Below, piece by piece: positions 17,556 to 26,537 of a stretch of DNA of 64,000 nt; within the stretch, counting starts at the first letter, position 1, and each line of letters begins with the position of its first letter. Source of the stretch: a virus; IMG/VR virus record IMGVR_UViG_3300032236_000718, positions 1 to 64,000 of that record; one strand, 5' to 3'. Position numbers and translations under genes: made by a program. The notes under the pieces are model-generated. The model saw only the letters and a program-made list of their open reading frames with translations. It had not been told where the DNA came from and did not search any database.

Positions 17556-19585
17556 TAACATTCAAAACATTTTTAGTAGAGTCATTAGATGTCGATAAGC
17601 TCAAGCATCTTGAGCACGCCGAGGATCACATAATCCATGGTGGCCATGAAGGCGTAGGACACGCAGCAGATACTCTCGATGACATCGATAACTTCCTTAA
17701 GACAGGTGCTGGCGGTTCTACTATTACTACAAAATATGATGGATCTCCATCGATCGTGTTTGGTATTAATCCAGAGAATGGTAAATTCTTTGTCGGATCA
17801 AAGTCCGTCTTTAACAAAGAGCCGAAGATCAACTATACTGTTAAAGATATTGAAAACAATCATGGCCATGCTCCTGGTCTTGTAGCTAAGCTTAAAGCCG
17901 CGTTAGAGCATTTACCAAAGATCATGCCAAAGAATGAGAAGGGTAAACCTGAGGGAGTCTATCAAGGGGACTTTATGTATGATAAAGGAGATCTATCAGG
18001 GGATGAAAACTCAAGCGATTATAGCTTTACTCCTAACACGATCACTTACTCTGTTCCTAAGAATGGTCCTGAAGGCCGTAAGATTAATAAGTCTGAAATG
18101 GGATTTGTCGTACACACGAAGTATGAAGGTAAAAGCTTGGATGACATGAAAGCTGGTTTTGATGTCGATCAAGACGCTTTCCAAAAAGATCCTGATGTCA
18201 ATATAATCAATCCACAAATTGACCAGTCTAAGACGCGCTACTCTTCCTCGATGCAGAAAGAGTTTGAGAAGCATAAAGAAGAAGCTGCAAAAGTATACTC
18301 TGAGATGGATCCTGCAACTCTAGATGATCTAGAGAAGCATGAGACAACAATGAAGACATATATTAACTCGACAGTTCGTGATGATACCATTCCTTCTATC
18401 GGAGGATATATACAGTTCCTTGAAGCTAAGAAAAAGAAAGATGTGGATAAGGCTAAGTCTGATAAAGGCAAGCAGAAAATAGCAGCTGCTGCAGACGAGG
18501 TTATAGACCATGCTAAAGAAAAGAAAGACGAGTTTAAGAAACTCTTTGAGATGCATAGTCATTTACAAAAGGCTAAAGATGTTCTTGTGAAGGCTATAGG
18601 AAACCCTACACCATATAAGCACACTGTCGGCGGTAAAGAAGTTAAGCCAGAAGGATTTGTTGCTACACGCAATGGTAGACCTACAAAGCTTGTGGATCGT
18701 GCAGAGTTTAGTAAGAATAATTTTGCTAATAATCGTGGTAAGGGTGATCCTGATGCTACTCCTGCAGAGGAGTCAGATACTAAGAACCCGCATGTCATGG
18801 CATTTGGCCGTATGAATCCACCAACCGCTGGCCATAAAGTACTTACTGATAAGGTACTTGAGTTAGCTAAGGATAGAAAAGCTGGTCACTCAGTTGTGCT
18901 ATCAGCTACACAAGATCCTGAGAAAAATCCACTTACTCCAGAGCAAAAAGTAAAACATGCTAAGCGTATGTTCCCTGGTGTTAATGTCGAAGCTGCAAGT
19001 AAAGATGCACCTACAGTCATTGAGCAAGCAAAGAAGCTAGCTGCCAAGGGCATCGACCATCTTATATTGGTTGCTGGATCAGATCGTGTCGATGAGTTTA
19101 AGAAGCTTCTCGATACATATAACGGTAAAGAGTATAACTTTAAGAGAATAGATGTTGTCTCAGCAGGAACAAGAGACCCCGACGCTGATGCAGAGGATCC
19201 TTCAAGTGTATCAGCGACAAGACAGAGATCACACGCTATCAATAATAAGTTTGGCGAGTTTAAGAAGGGTCTTCCTAAAGATATGCAAGATGAGCATGCT
19301 AAGGAATTGTTTAATGATATCAAGCAGGGTATGGACATCAAGATCGATCAGGATACCAGTGGAATATCACTTGCAAGATATGCTAAGCGTGATGACGTTA
19401 TTGGTGTGAAAGCTAGAAAAGAGCAACAGCGCAGAGAGATTATGAAAGAGATGGAAAAGAAAAACAATAAACTAAGGGGTACACCGGCTGCAACAAAGCC
19501 TGCTGCACCGGCACAAAAGACTGCGCCTGCACAAAAACCGCTAGCAACTAAGAAACCACCTAAACCAAAGCGTACCAAACTATAA
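17552..19585 (+). CDS. Fusion of a ligase-like DUF6267 domain and a cytidyltransferase-like domain
   Basis: TKYDGSP (KxDG), QGD, PEGFV, KLVDR.EFS; C-terminal FGRMNPPTAGH, VAGSDR, SVSATRQR. Confidence 0.75.
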   Translation: MITFKTFLVESLDVDKLKHLEHAEDHIIHGGHEGVGHAADTLDDIDNFLKTGAGGSTITTKYDGSPSIVFGINPENGKFFVGSKSVFNKEPKINYTVKDIENNHGHAPGLVAKLKAALEHLPKIMPKNEKGKPEGVYQGDFMYDKGDLSGDENSSDYSFTPNTITYSVPKNGPEGRKINKSEMGFVVHTKYEGKSLDDMKAGFDVDQDAFQKDPDVNIINPQIDQSKTRYSSSMQKEFEKHKEEAAKVYSEMDPATLDDLEKHETTMKTYINSTVRDDTIPSIGGYIQFLEAKKKKDVDKAKSDKGKQKIAAAADEVIDHAKEKKDEFKKLFEMHSHLQKAKDVLVKAIGNPTPYKHTVGGKEVKPEGFVATRNGRPTKLVDRAEFSKNNFANNRGKGDPDATPAEESDTKNPHVMAFGRMNPPTAGHKVLTDKVLELAKDRKAGHSVVLSATQDPEKNPLTPEQKVKHAKRMFPGVNVEAASKDAPTVIEQAKKLAAKGIDHLILVAGSDRVDEFKKLLDTYNGKEYNFKRIDVVSAGTRDPDADAEDPSSVSATRQRSHAINNKFGEFKKGLPKDMQDEHAKELFNDIKQGMDIKIDQDTSGISLARYAKRDDVIGVKARKEQQRREIMKEMEKKNNKLRGTPAATKPAAPAQKTAPAQKPLATKKPPKPKRTKL

Positions 19586-19588
19586 ATA
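19581..19588 (+). promoter_or_regulatory. Late promoter TATAAATA
   Basis: Exact consensus. Confidence 0.8.
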
Positions 19589-19653
19589 CAAATGCTGCAG
19601 AAAGCTACGGCAATCCTGCGTTGTTGTTTGGTTTAAGCCTAAGGGAAACACCA

Positions 19654-20319
19654 ATGTCGAAAGAAATAAGTCTCCAATCTAGTCCTCAGCTAGTTTTCGT
19701 AGAGCAACAGGGGGTTGCCGTAGCCCCTTCGCATAAGCAAATAATCTCCCTATACAAGAAGTCAGAGCAGAGTGGCATTCCTTTTGACACCATCTTAGAG
19801 GTGTACAAGAGAGGCTTTGCTGCGTCTCTGGACGAGCAGACTGCGTTTAATAGGGTCAACTCATTCATAGCCGGTGGAGCTGCAACAAACATGGATAAAG
19901 ATCTATTAGAGAAGCGTGGTCTTTGGGATAATATTCACGCTAAGAGAGAAAGAATTAAGCACGGATCTGGTGAGCACATGCGCAAGCCTGGATCAAAGGG
20001 AGCTCCATCAAAGCAGGACTTTGTTGATTCTCAATCTAAAAAAGAAGAGTATACCGGTGCCGAGAAGGTATCACATAATTCGGACGAACCGTCCAGTAGA
20101 TTTATGGGCACAACTGCTCTAACAGATGTGTACAAAAGCCAGACTCCAGGTTATAGTAAGACCCTATCGACAATTAAGAGAGTTGTCAAGGAAATGTATG
20201 TTAGAGATGCTTCAGGCAAGAAGATTCCTGTTGAAAAGAAGAAGTTTAGAGGCGCAGACATGAAGATGCACTCAGCTTATCCAGGTAAGAGCTCTAGCTC
20301 GGGCGACGGTGGAGAATGA
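19654..20319 (+). CDS. Hypothetical late (probable internal head) protein
   Basis: LYKKSEQSGI..AFNRVNSF and GLWDNIHAKR..MRKPGSKGAP modules. Confidence 0.75.
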   Translation: MSKEISLQSSPQLVFVEQQGVAVAPSHKQIISLYKKSEQSGIPFDTILEVYKRGFAASLDEQTAFNRVNSFIAGGAATNMDKDLLEKRGLWDNIHAKRERIKHGSGEHMRKPGSKGAPSKQDFVDSQSKKEEYTGAEKVSHNSDEPSSRFMGTTALTDVYKSQTPGYSKTLSTIKRVVKEMYVRDASGKKIPVEKKKFRGADMKMHSAYPGKSSSSGDGGE

Positions 20320-20651
20320 AGAGTTTTATAGAGTTCTCAAACTTATTTGAGTGTAACGGCAACTGCACTTGTGGCAAGCACTTAGAAGAGTTAAACAAGA
20401 AGGATCAGAATCCTTCTGGAGGTATGTCTAAAGCCGGTGTTGATAGATACAATAGAGAGAATCCAGGGCACCATCTTAAGACTGCAGTCACTGCAGAGCC
20501 TTCTAAGTTAAAGGCTGGTAGTAAGGCTGCAAATCGTCGTAAGTCATTCTGCGCAAGAATGGGTGGAATGAAGAAAAGACTCACGGGATCTAAGACTGCT
20601 CATGATCCCGACTCAAGGATAAATAAAGCATTAAGAAAGTGGCACTGTTAA
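20316..20651 (+). CDS. Basic hypothetical late protein
   Basis: MKSFIEF N-terminus; NPSGGMS..RRKSFCARM..LRKWHC. Confidence 0.8.
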   Translation: MKSFIEFSNLFECNGNCTCGKHLEELNKKDQNPSGGMSKAGVDRYNRENPGHHLKTAVTAEPSKLKAGSKAANRRKSFCARMGGMKKRLTGSKTAHDPDSRINKALRKWHC

Positions 20652-20663
20652 GTGGAGATTAAA

Positions 20664-20912
20664 ATGAACGAGAACTTTGAAATACTGTTAGTTGTAGCAT
20701 TTATAGCACTAGCTGGATGGGGTCTAACTCGTCTAATGAGTGTTAAAGAGACTGTAAAAGCTCAGCCAGAGCAACCTAAAGAACCTGAAGCTGCACCTGC
20801 ACCTGAAGTTGTAGAAGAGCCAGTTAAGCCTAAGAGAGGCAGAAAGAAAGCTGTACAAGCTACTCCTGCACCTGTTAAGCCTAAGAGAATTACAAAGAAG
20901 GTAACGAAGTAA
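20664..20912 (+). CDS. Small membrane-anchored Lys/Pro-rich protein
   Basis: GGAG RBS, N-terminal TM, repeated PVKPKR. Confidence 0.7.
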   Translation: MNENFEILLVVAFIALAGWGLTRLMSVKETVKAQPEQPKEPEAAPAPEVVEEPVKPKRGRKKAVQATPAPVKPKRITKKVTK

Positions 20913-21352
20913 TGGATGAACTGATTGAACAGATGAAAGTTTGCTTGGCCAGCGTGTTTGCGCTGTACCTAAAGACACACTATTTCCATTGGAATGTGGA
21001 GGGTCCAAACTTTTATAGCAATCATAAGTTCCTTCAAAAGATGTATGAAGATCTCTTTGAGTCAGTCGATAGACATGCCGAAGAGATTAGAACATCAAAT
21101 GGATATGCTCCTGGATCTTTTATTAGATTCAGCGAGCTATCTATCGTTAAGGATGAGACTAATATCCCACCTCCTATGTCTATGATGACAAAATTGATGG
21201 ATGACAATCTTAACGTCATTAAGCTATTAAAAGACACAAAAGATCTTGCAGAGAAGCAAAACTCTGTAGGCTATTCTAACTTTCTACAAGATAGAATAGA
21301 TATACACTATAAGCATCATTGGATGCTAAGATCCATAACAAAGGCTGTCTAA
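20912..21352 (+). CDS. dps: Dps/ferritin-like DNA protection protein
   Basis: KTHYFHWNVEGPNF..H..YE..D..AE; KHHWML. Confidence 0.92.
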   Translation: MDELIEQMKVCLASVFALYLKTHYFHWNVEGPNFYSNHKFLQKMYEDLFESVDRHAEEIRTSNGYAPGSFIRFSELSIVKDETNIPPPMSMMTKLMDDNLNVIKLLKDTKDLAEKQNSVGYSNFLQDRIDIHYKHHWMLRSITKAV

Positions 21353-21353
21353 G

Positions 21354-22043
21354 ATGGAAAATAAGTTTAAGTCGCTAGAGTCCGTCATCAGAGAGATGGC
21401 TATGAATCGCAACTCGAAGATCCGTATGAAGGATGTCGAGAATGTTGATCGTGAGACATTTAATAAGCGTAATCCAAAGCACATGGATGACAATGTTATG
21501 TCTCCTAAGTCAGAGCTAGCAAAGCAAGGCGAGATTAAGACTAAGATCATAGACGAAGCCAAAGATAAGAACTTTGATGATGTAGAGGTCACTGACAAGA
21601 AGAATTCAACATCTCCTAGCTCAAAAAAGACAAAACCTACTGACAGTGAAGATCATGATCTTGATGACGCAAAAAAGGTCAAGGGTGGAACTACAGAGGT
21701 CGAGCTTAATCCAAAGACAGATGACAAGGTTAACTCAGAGACAGATGAGGATGACTCTGCTAAGAAGGGTCGCAAGAAGGCCAATAAAGAGATCGGACAG
21801 AAAGGTGCACCTATGAAGGAAGAGGTTATCTTTGAGGGTTATCACGTCAAGGATCATGCTACATTCGGTAAAGTGTTAGCTAAGGATGGTAATACCCACC
21901 TAGTAGACTATGACACGGCAGATAAGATCTCTGATAAGCATAAAGGTTCGTCTGTCATAAAGACACTAGATAGAAAAAAGTACATTGTCAAGATGCCTGA
22001 GCACATGAAACACGGTCAACAAGTAGAAGTAGAAGGATACTAA
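21354..22043 (+). CDS. Charged low-complexity late protein
   Basis: Part of a contiguous late operon. Confidence 0.75.
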   Translation: MENKFKSLESVIREMAMNRNSKIRMKDVENVDRETFNKRNPKHMDDNVMSPKSELAKQGEIKTKIIDEAKDKNFDDVEVTDKKNSTSPSSKKTKPTDSEDHDLDDAKKVKGGTTEVELNPKTDDKVNSETDEDDSAKKGRKKANKEIGQKGAPMKEEVIFEGYHVKDHATFGKVLAKDGNTHLVDYDTADKISDKHKGSSVIKTLDRKKYIVKMPEHMKHGQQVEVEGY

Positions 22044-22044
22044 C

Positions 22045-22542
22045 ATGCTAAAATCAAATGGAAATTTAGGTCTATCGGAAGCCATGATTGCGGCTGCTAG
22101 AGAGATCCTTGAGAAGAAACTAACTCCTGCACAAGAGAAGAATATCGATAAGAACCATAATGGTAAGATCGATAAGGGTGACTTTGAGATTCTTCATAAA
22201 AAGAAGAAGATGATGGAAGCTAAGTGCCCATCATGCGGTAAGTCACCTTGCATGTGTGAGAGCGTAAAGAAAGAAGAAGTTGAACTTGATGAAGCAATTA
22301 AATTAGGTTCTAAAGTTAAGATACATAATCCTGGTAAAAAAAACCATGGTGAAGAAGGTACTGTTGGTGAAATTCGTCGTGGTTTACCTGGAGTCAGACC
22401 ACCATACTATACAGTAGATCATAGCGGCACATCATCTCAACTTCCTAAAGAAAACTTAAGAATCGTAAAAGAAAAAGTCGAGTTCTCTGATGCTGAGTTA
22501 GAAATGATTGCATCAATTGCACAACAGCATGAAGTAGAATAA
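22045..22542 (+). CDS. Late protein with EF-hand-like DKNHNGKID and Cys knuckle
   Basis: DKNHNGKIDKGDF; CPSCGKSPCMC. Confidence 0.75.
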   Translation: MLKSNGNLGLSEAMIAAAREILEKKLTPAQEKNIDKNHNGKIDKGDFEILHKKKKMMEAKCPSCGKSPCMCESVKKEEVELDEAIKLGSKVKIHNPGKKNHGEEGTVGEIRRGLPGVRPPYYTVDHSGTSSQLPKENLRIVKEKVEFSDAELEMIASIAQQHEVE

Positions 22543-23684
22543 TGAATATATTTGAAAAAGTCATGGGCAGGAAGAAGAGAGAGCCCATAGATAAGCCTAC
22601 AGTCGGTAACGGTACTGGTCGCCAAAACGGTGACCAGTCCGGTTACAATGATAAGGGTAACGTCACTGACTATACGATCAGTGATGAGTACATTGCCGAG
22701 TTGTCCCCTGAGCTTGTAGGTGCAGTGAATAAAAAGAGAGCACTAGGTGACCTTAAAAAAGGAACACCACCTGTTCCACACAAGACCGAGGCAGGATATC
22801 ACACGCTTAAGCGCGCAGTTGATAAAGCTGCAGGTGTTAAGAAGCCTGGACCATACCAGCTTCCTAAAGTCACAGAGGGTGTTAATGCAGCGACTAGTGC
22901 AGGCGGTAAGCAAGTCACTCAGAAGGCTCCTGTTGGATCTATAGCAAGAAATGCTCCTGCTAGTGCTAGAGCATTACAGACTGCAGCCAATGCTAGAGTT
23001 TCTAACAAAGAAGTTAATGCTGATAAGCAAAAAGATACACAGCATAGCGATATGCAAAAAGAGATTCAAAAAAGACAACAGGCATCTAAAAAGACATTGG
23101 AGAAGGACATGAGCACGATAAGCAAAGAAGAGATCGATCACGTTAACTCAGTATTCGCTAAGAATCTAGAAGAGGGTTATCTTCGTCTGGATGAGAAGAA
23201 GTGGATAGCTAACGCTATTAAGAAGCCAGGCGCTATGACTGCAGCTGCTAAGCGTGAGGGCGTGTCTAACTCCGAGTACGAGAAAGAGCACATGCACGAC
23301 AGTGGTAAGGCTGGCAAGCGCGCTCGTCTTGCTATGACTCTTAAAAAGATGCACGAGGAAAAGACCGATAAAGCTGATGGGGCAAAGCTTGGTCGTCCTT
23401 CCACTCAGGATGATCATCCAATTGCACAAGCCCGTAAAGTTATCTCAATGCGCGGTCAGCACAAGTTTACTCACAAGAGTGGTGAGAAGCACATGATGGA
23501 TCCTAAGGTTGCACACCAAATTCTTCACAAGCATGATAACATGAAGACATCTGCTGAGAAGGATGAGTTTGCACATCGCGTACATCACAGCAAGAAGTCA
23601 ATGGAAGATGCTTTAGCAGGTAAGCCAGCTGAGAAGAAGCCTAAGGTTAGCCTTGCTGGTAAGATCACGGGAACACAGAAATAA
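22542..23684 (+). CDS. Modular basic late protein
   Basis: KWIANAIKKPGA..RARLA.TLKK module; Glu-bounded segments. Confidence 0.75.
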   Translation: MNIFEKVMGRKKREPIDKPTVGNGTGRQNGDQSGYNDKGNVTDYTISDEYIAELSPELVGAVNKKRALGDLKKGTPPVPHKTEAGYHTLKRAVDKAAGVKKPGPYQLPKVTEGVNAATSAGGKQVTQKAPVGSIARNAPASARALQTAANARVSNKEVNADKQKDTQHSDMQKEIQKRQQASKKTLEKDMSTISKEEIDHVNSVFAKNLEEGYLRLDEKKWIANAIKKPGAMTAAAKREGVSNSEYEKEHMHDSGKAGKRARLAMTLKKMHEEKTDKADGAKLGRPSTQDDHPIAQARKVISMRGQHKFTHKSGEKHMMDPKVAHQILHKHDNMKTSAEKDEFAHRVHHSKKSMEDALAGKPAEKKPKVSLAGKITGTQK

Positions 23685-23914
23685 TGGCACTTAATGCTAA
23701 CACTATAGTTCAAGCACCTAAGGTTGAGCAGCCTGCTAAAGCAGCAACTCCACCTAAAGATAAGAAAGCCTTAAATGCTGGATCTATAGTTGTAAAGAAT
23801 AAGAGACCGCTGAAGCCTAAGTATGTTACTCCTGAAGCTGGTGCACTAACACCTGTAAAGAAGAAATTAGACCGTAGGCCATCTAAGTACATTATTGACA
23901 TGATGACTCCCTAA
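23684..23914 (+). CDS. Hypothetical basic protein
   Basis: TAATG coupling; ALNA repeated. Confidence 0.65.
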   Translation: MALNANTIVQAPKVEQPAKAATPPKDKKALNAGSIVVKNKRPLKPKYVTPEAGALTPVKKKLDRRPSKYIIDMMTP

Positions 23915-23965
23915 TCTTTAAGAACAATAAATAATAAAAACCAATTCTCTAGGAGGAATAATACA

Positions 23966-24916
23966 ATGGCACAATGGGGTAGAAACGATCGTGGTGTTAG
24001 TGCTAATAGCACTACGACTACAGAAACATCCAACGGCGCACCGATCGGAACCTACGCCTTGGTCAAGGGCGACCAGGTTAACCGTGCAGATGCTGCAAAT
24101 GCTCACTTCGGTAATACATCGGTTGGCTCGAGAGCTTATACCGACGTTAACATGTTTGGTAACACCACGGTCGGTGCTTTCCAACCTAATAAGGCTGTAG
24201 GCGTATTTGCTGTTAATACAGCTCAACTACAAGTATCTGGAGGTAACGTAGTTATCTCCTATGTTACATTTGGTGGTTCAGGATATAACGCAAATGCAAA
24301 CGTATCATTTGTCTCCACAAATGGTGGATCTGGTGCCGCTGCTAATGCTCAGGTAGCTGGCGGTAGAGTAACAGCAATTAATATCACTGCTGGCGGTAAC
24401 AGCTATGTCACCGCTCCTACTATTACAATCACACCTCCAAATACTCTTGCAGTTAATGGTAATACTGCGATCAGCAACGATACGATCACGTTTACTTCAG
24501 CTAATAGCTACTTCCTTGTAAACGATCAGCTTACTATCTCGTCTAATGCATCTTCATTGCCTGGTGGATTAACTAATGGTGGTACATATTATGTCGTACT
24601 ATCAAATACAACAGCATTTAAGATATCGACTGCGCAAGGTGGCACACCTATTGCAATGACAAAAGCTAGCGGAAATAGTACAACTGCTGCTGGTTTTGGC
24701 TTTTATGGTACAACAGCAACTGGATATGTCGACACTAACAGTGTTCTTCCACAAGTAACTCATGCTGGTTGGGTTCTACGCACAGAGGGAACCGGTGGTC
24801 GTGCAGGTCGTATACAATATGAGACACTAGTTGCTATGGGATCACTTGGTGAGACCGACGGTAAGTATGGTACACCTGCTTCTATATCTTCAAACACCGT
24901 TGACCAATACGTCTAA
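23966..24916 (+). CDS. Virion structural protein (decoration/fibre-like)
   Basis: MAQWG..HAGWVLRTEGTGGRAGRIQYETLVAM; GGSGY..APTITI beta repeats. Confidence 0.7.
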   Translation: MAQWGRNDRGVSANSTTTTETSNGAPIGTYALVKGDQVNRADAANAHFGNTSVGSRAYTDVNMFGNTTVGAFQPNKAVGVFAVNTAQLQVSGGNVVISYVTFGGSGYNANANVSFVSTNGGSGAAANAQVAGGRVTAINITAGGNSYVTAPTITITPPNTLAVNGNTAISNDTITFTSANSYFLVNDQLTISSNASSLPGGLTNGGTYYVVLSNTTAFKISTAQGGTPIAMTKASGNSTTAAGFGFYGTTATGYVDTNSVLPQVTHAGWVLRTEGTGGRAGRIQYETLVAMGSLGETDGKYGTPASISSNTVDQYV

Positions 24917-24932
24917 GATTGGATTATAGATA

Positions 24933-25313
24933 ATGGCGAATAACGCAAAAAGAATATCTGAGCTCGGTGTACCTACTACTCTGACAGCAAATGACAGAGT
25001 AGTGGTCCTCACCGGGCCAGGAACACCGATTGCCAACGTGCAATCGATATTGCTGCCTAATTTTGGAACAGCACTCGCACAAAATAACTTTCCTAAAGCT
25101 AATAGTACATCAGTAGGAATCATTGCCATTGGCGATAGTCTCTCAATTGATGCCAATACAGGTATAACTAGCGTAGCTGTATCATCATCGGGTATACCTT
25201 CAACATCAGTGTCGACTGGTTACCCCGGACAATTAAAAGTTAGTACTACTCACCTATACGTGTGTGTGGCATTAAATGTATGGAAGAGAGTTCCGCTAGA
25301 CGCAGCATTCTAA
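24933..25313 (+). CDS. Virion structural protein (fibre-associated)
   Basis: KRISEL N-terminus; GYPGQ..HLYVCVALNVWKRV C-terminus. Confidence 0.65.
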   Translation: MANNAKRISELGVPTTLTANDRVVVLTGPGTPIANVQSILLPNFGTALAQNNFPKANSTSVGIIAIGDSLSIDANTGITSVAVSSSGIPSTSVSTGYPGQLKVSTTHLYVCVALNVWKRVPLDAAF

Positions 25314-25326
25314 TTATGGTACAGTG

Positions 25327-25719
25327 ATGAATTATGAGAGACTAACTGATGATAACTTTTTAATCTACTGCGCCAGACACTATGATAATCCGCAATGCTA
25401 CTCCACTGAGGAGTTCATCGAGGATCTAAAGCGAATTAGATATATCAAGAAATTATTGACAAGATACATAGAGAATGGAGACTTGAAGGAGAGGTTAATA
25501 CTCAATCACGTCATCATTCTCTGTAACGTTTTTACAGCTGAGCATCTTTGCCGTATACTATATTTAAAGATGAAAGCACAATTTAGTTACGTTAAGCCTT
25601 TTTTGATTCTATTAAATATTATGCCAGAACGAATATACAATATTAAAGACGAAGACAATATAGACTTAAGTATGATACCGATGGATGAACGAATAATCGA
25701 CGCATTAAGGAAACTATAA
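25327..25719 (+). CDS. Conserved T4-like hypothetical protein
   Basis: YDNPQC..EF.EDLKRI.YIK.L..Y..G.LKERLILNH. Confidence 0.8.
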   Translation: MNYERLTDDNFLIYCARHYDNPQCYSTEEFIEDLKRIRYIKKLLTRYIENGDLKERLILNHVIILCNVFTAEHLCRILYLKMKAQFSYVKPFLILLNIMPERIYNIKDEDNIDLSMIPMDERIIDALRKL

Positions 25720-25877
25720 TGACTGAATCCGCAGTACCAGCAAATGCGATGGGCCCATCGAGTTCTACTTCAGGACCGATACAGACTATCGACCCTATTC
25801 TTCAAAGAGAGAAGAAAAAGAAACTACGCGACATAGCCCCTACACCTATGGTTAAAAGGCTAGTTCCAAATGGTTGA
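25719..25877 (+). CDS. Small hypothetical protein (52 aa)
   Basis: AAGGA RBS, TAATG coupling, MTESAVPANAMG..DPIL. Confidence 0.55.
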   Translation: MTESAVPANAMGPSSSTSGPIQTIDPILQREKKKKLRDIAPTPMVKRLVPNG

Positions 25878-26274
25878 AGATAGCGGATGGATCAACAATA
25901 GATTCGACAAGATTGATAACTGGATGCAGAGACTGACTGAGGTCTCTGTAGATCTTAAAAGCATGTTAGCTGTACATGAGCAGAGATTATCACAGCATGA
26001 TAAGCAGCAAGATTATATGGAAGACATAGTCGAGCAGCGTAGAGTACAAATGGACAAACAAATAGATGATGTGTATAATACGATGAGAGAACAGGATAAC
26101 AAGATTTTAGACGAGATTCATACTCTCAGAACTGAGTCAAATAAGCAGCACCAAGAGATGTCGAGCAAGATATCCAAGATGGAGCAGTTTATGTGGATGG
26201 CTATCGGAGGTGGTATGGTTGGTGTTTGGTTATTATCGTACGTAGCAAATTATTTCAAGATATTAGGACATTGA
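25870..26274 (+). CDS. Coiled-coil protein with C-terminal TM
   Basis: MLAVHEQRL..WMAIGG TM. Confidence 0.75.
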   Translation: MVEDSGWINNRFDKIDNWMQRLTEVSVDLKSMLAVHEQRLSQHDKQQDYMEDIVEQRRVQMDKQIDDVYNTMREQDNKILDEIHTLRTESNKQHQEMSSKISKMEQFMWMAIGGGMVGVWLLSYVANYFKILGH

Positions 26275-26275
26275 T

Positions 26276-26479
26276 ATGGAAAAGCTAGCACATCTTATCG
26301 GTAAGACATTCGCCGAGTCATCAGACGTGATTAACGCATTCTCAGTATCTGTAGGTTGCCAAGCACTACCATGGCCGGAGGGAATTGGACTGGTCAGTGA
26401 GGATCCAGGCACGGTCATTGTGTACATAAACAATGATATCGACGACATTATTACAGGATTTAAGTTCGTCGCCCCATAA
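26276..26479 (+). CDS. Hypothetical protein
   Basis: AGGA RBS. Confidence 0.6.
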   Translation: MEKLAHLIGKTFAESSDVINAFSVSVGCQALPWPEGIGLVSEDPGTVIVYINNDIDDIITGFKFVAP

Positions 26480-26487
26480 AATAATTG

Positions 26488-26515
26488 TTTACAAATCCTT
26501 CGATTAGTGTATAAT
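26488..26515 (+). promoter_or_regulatory. Promoter TTTACA-N16-TATAAT
   Basis: Upstream of primase. Confidence 0.7.
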
Positions 26516-26537
26516 AGGACTATATTGGAGAGTAAAC

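Noticed and set aside
19590-19650. Assignment to a known riboswitch or ribozyme (c-di-GMP-I, pistol)
   Set aside because: Only fragmentary resemblance; the consensus cores are missing.
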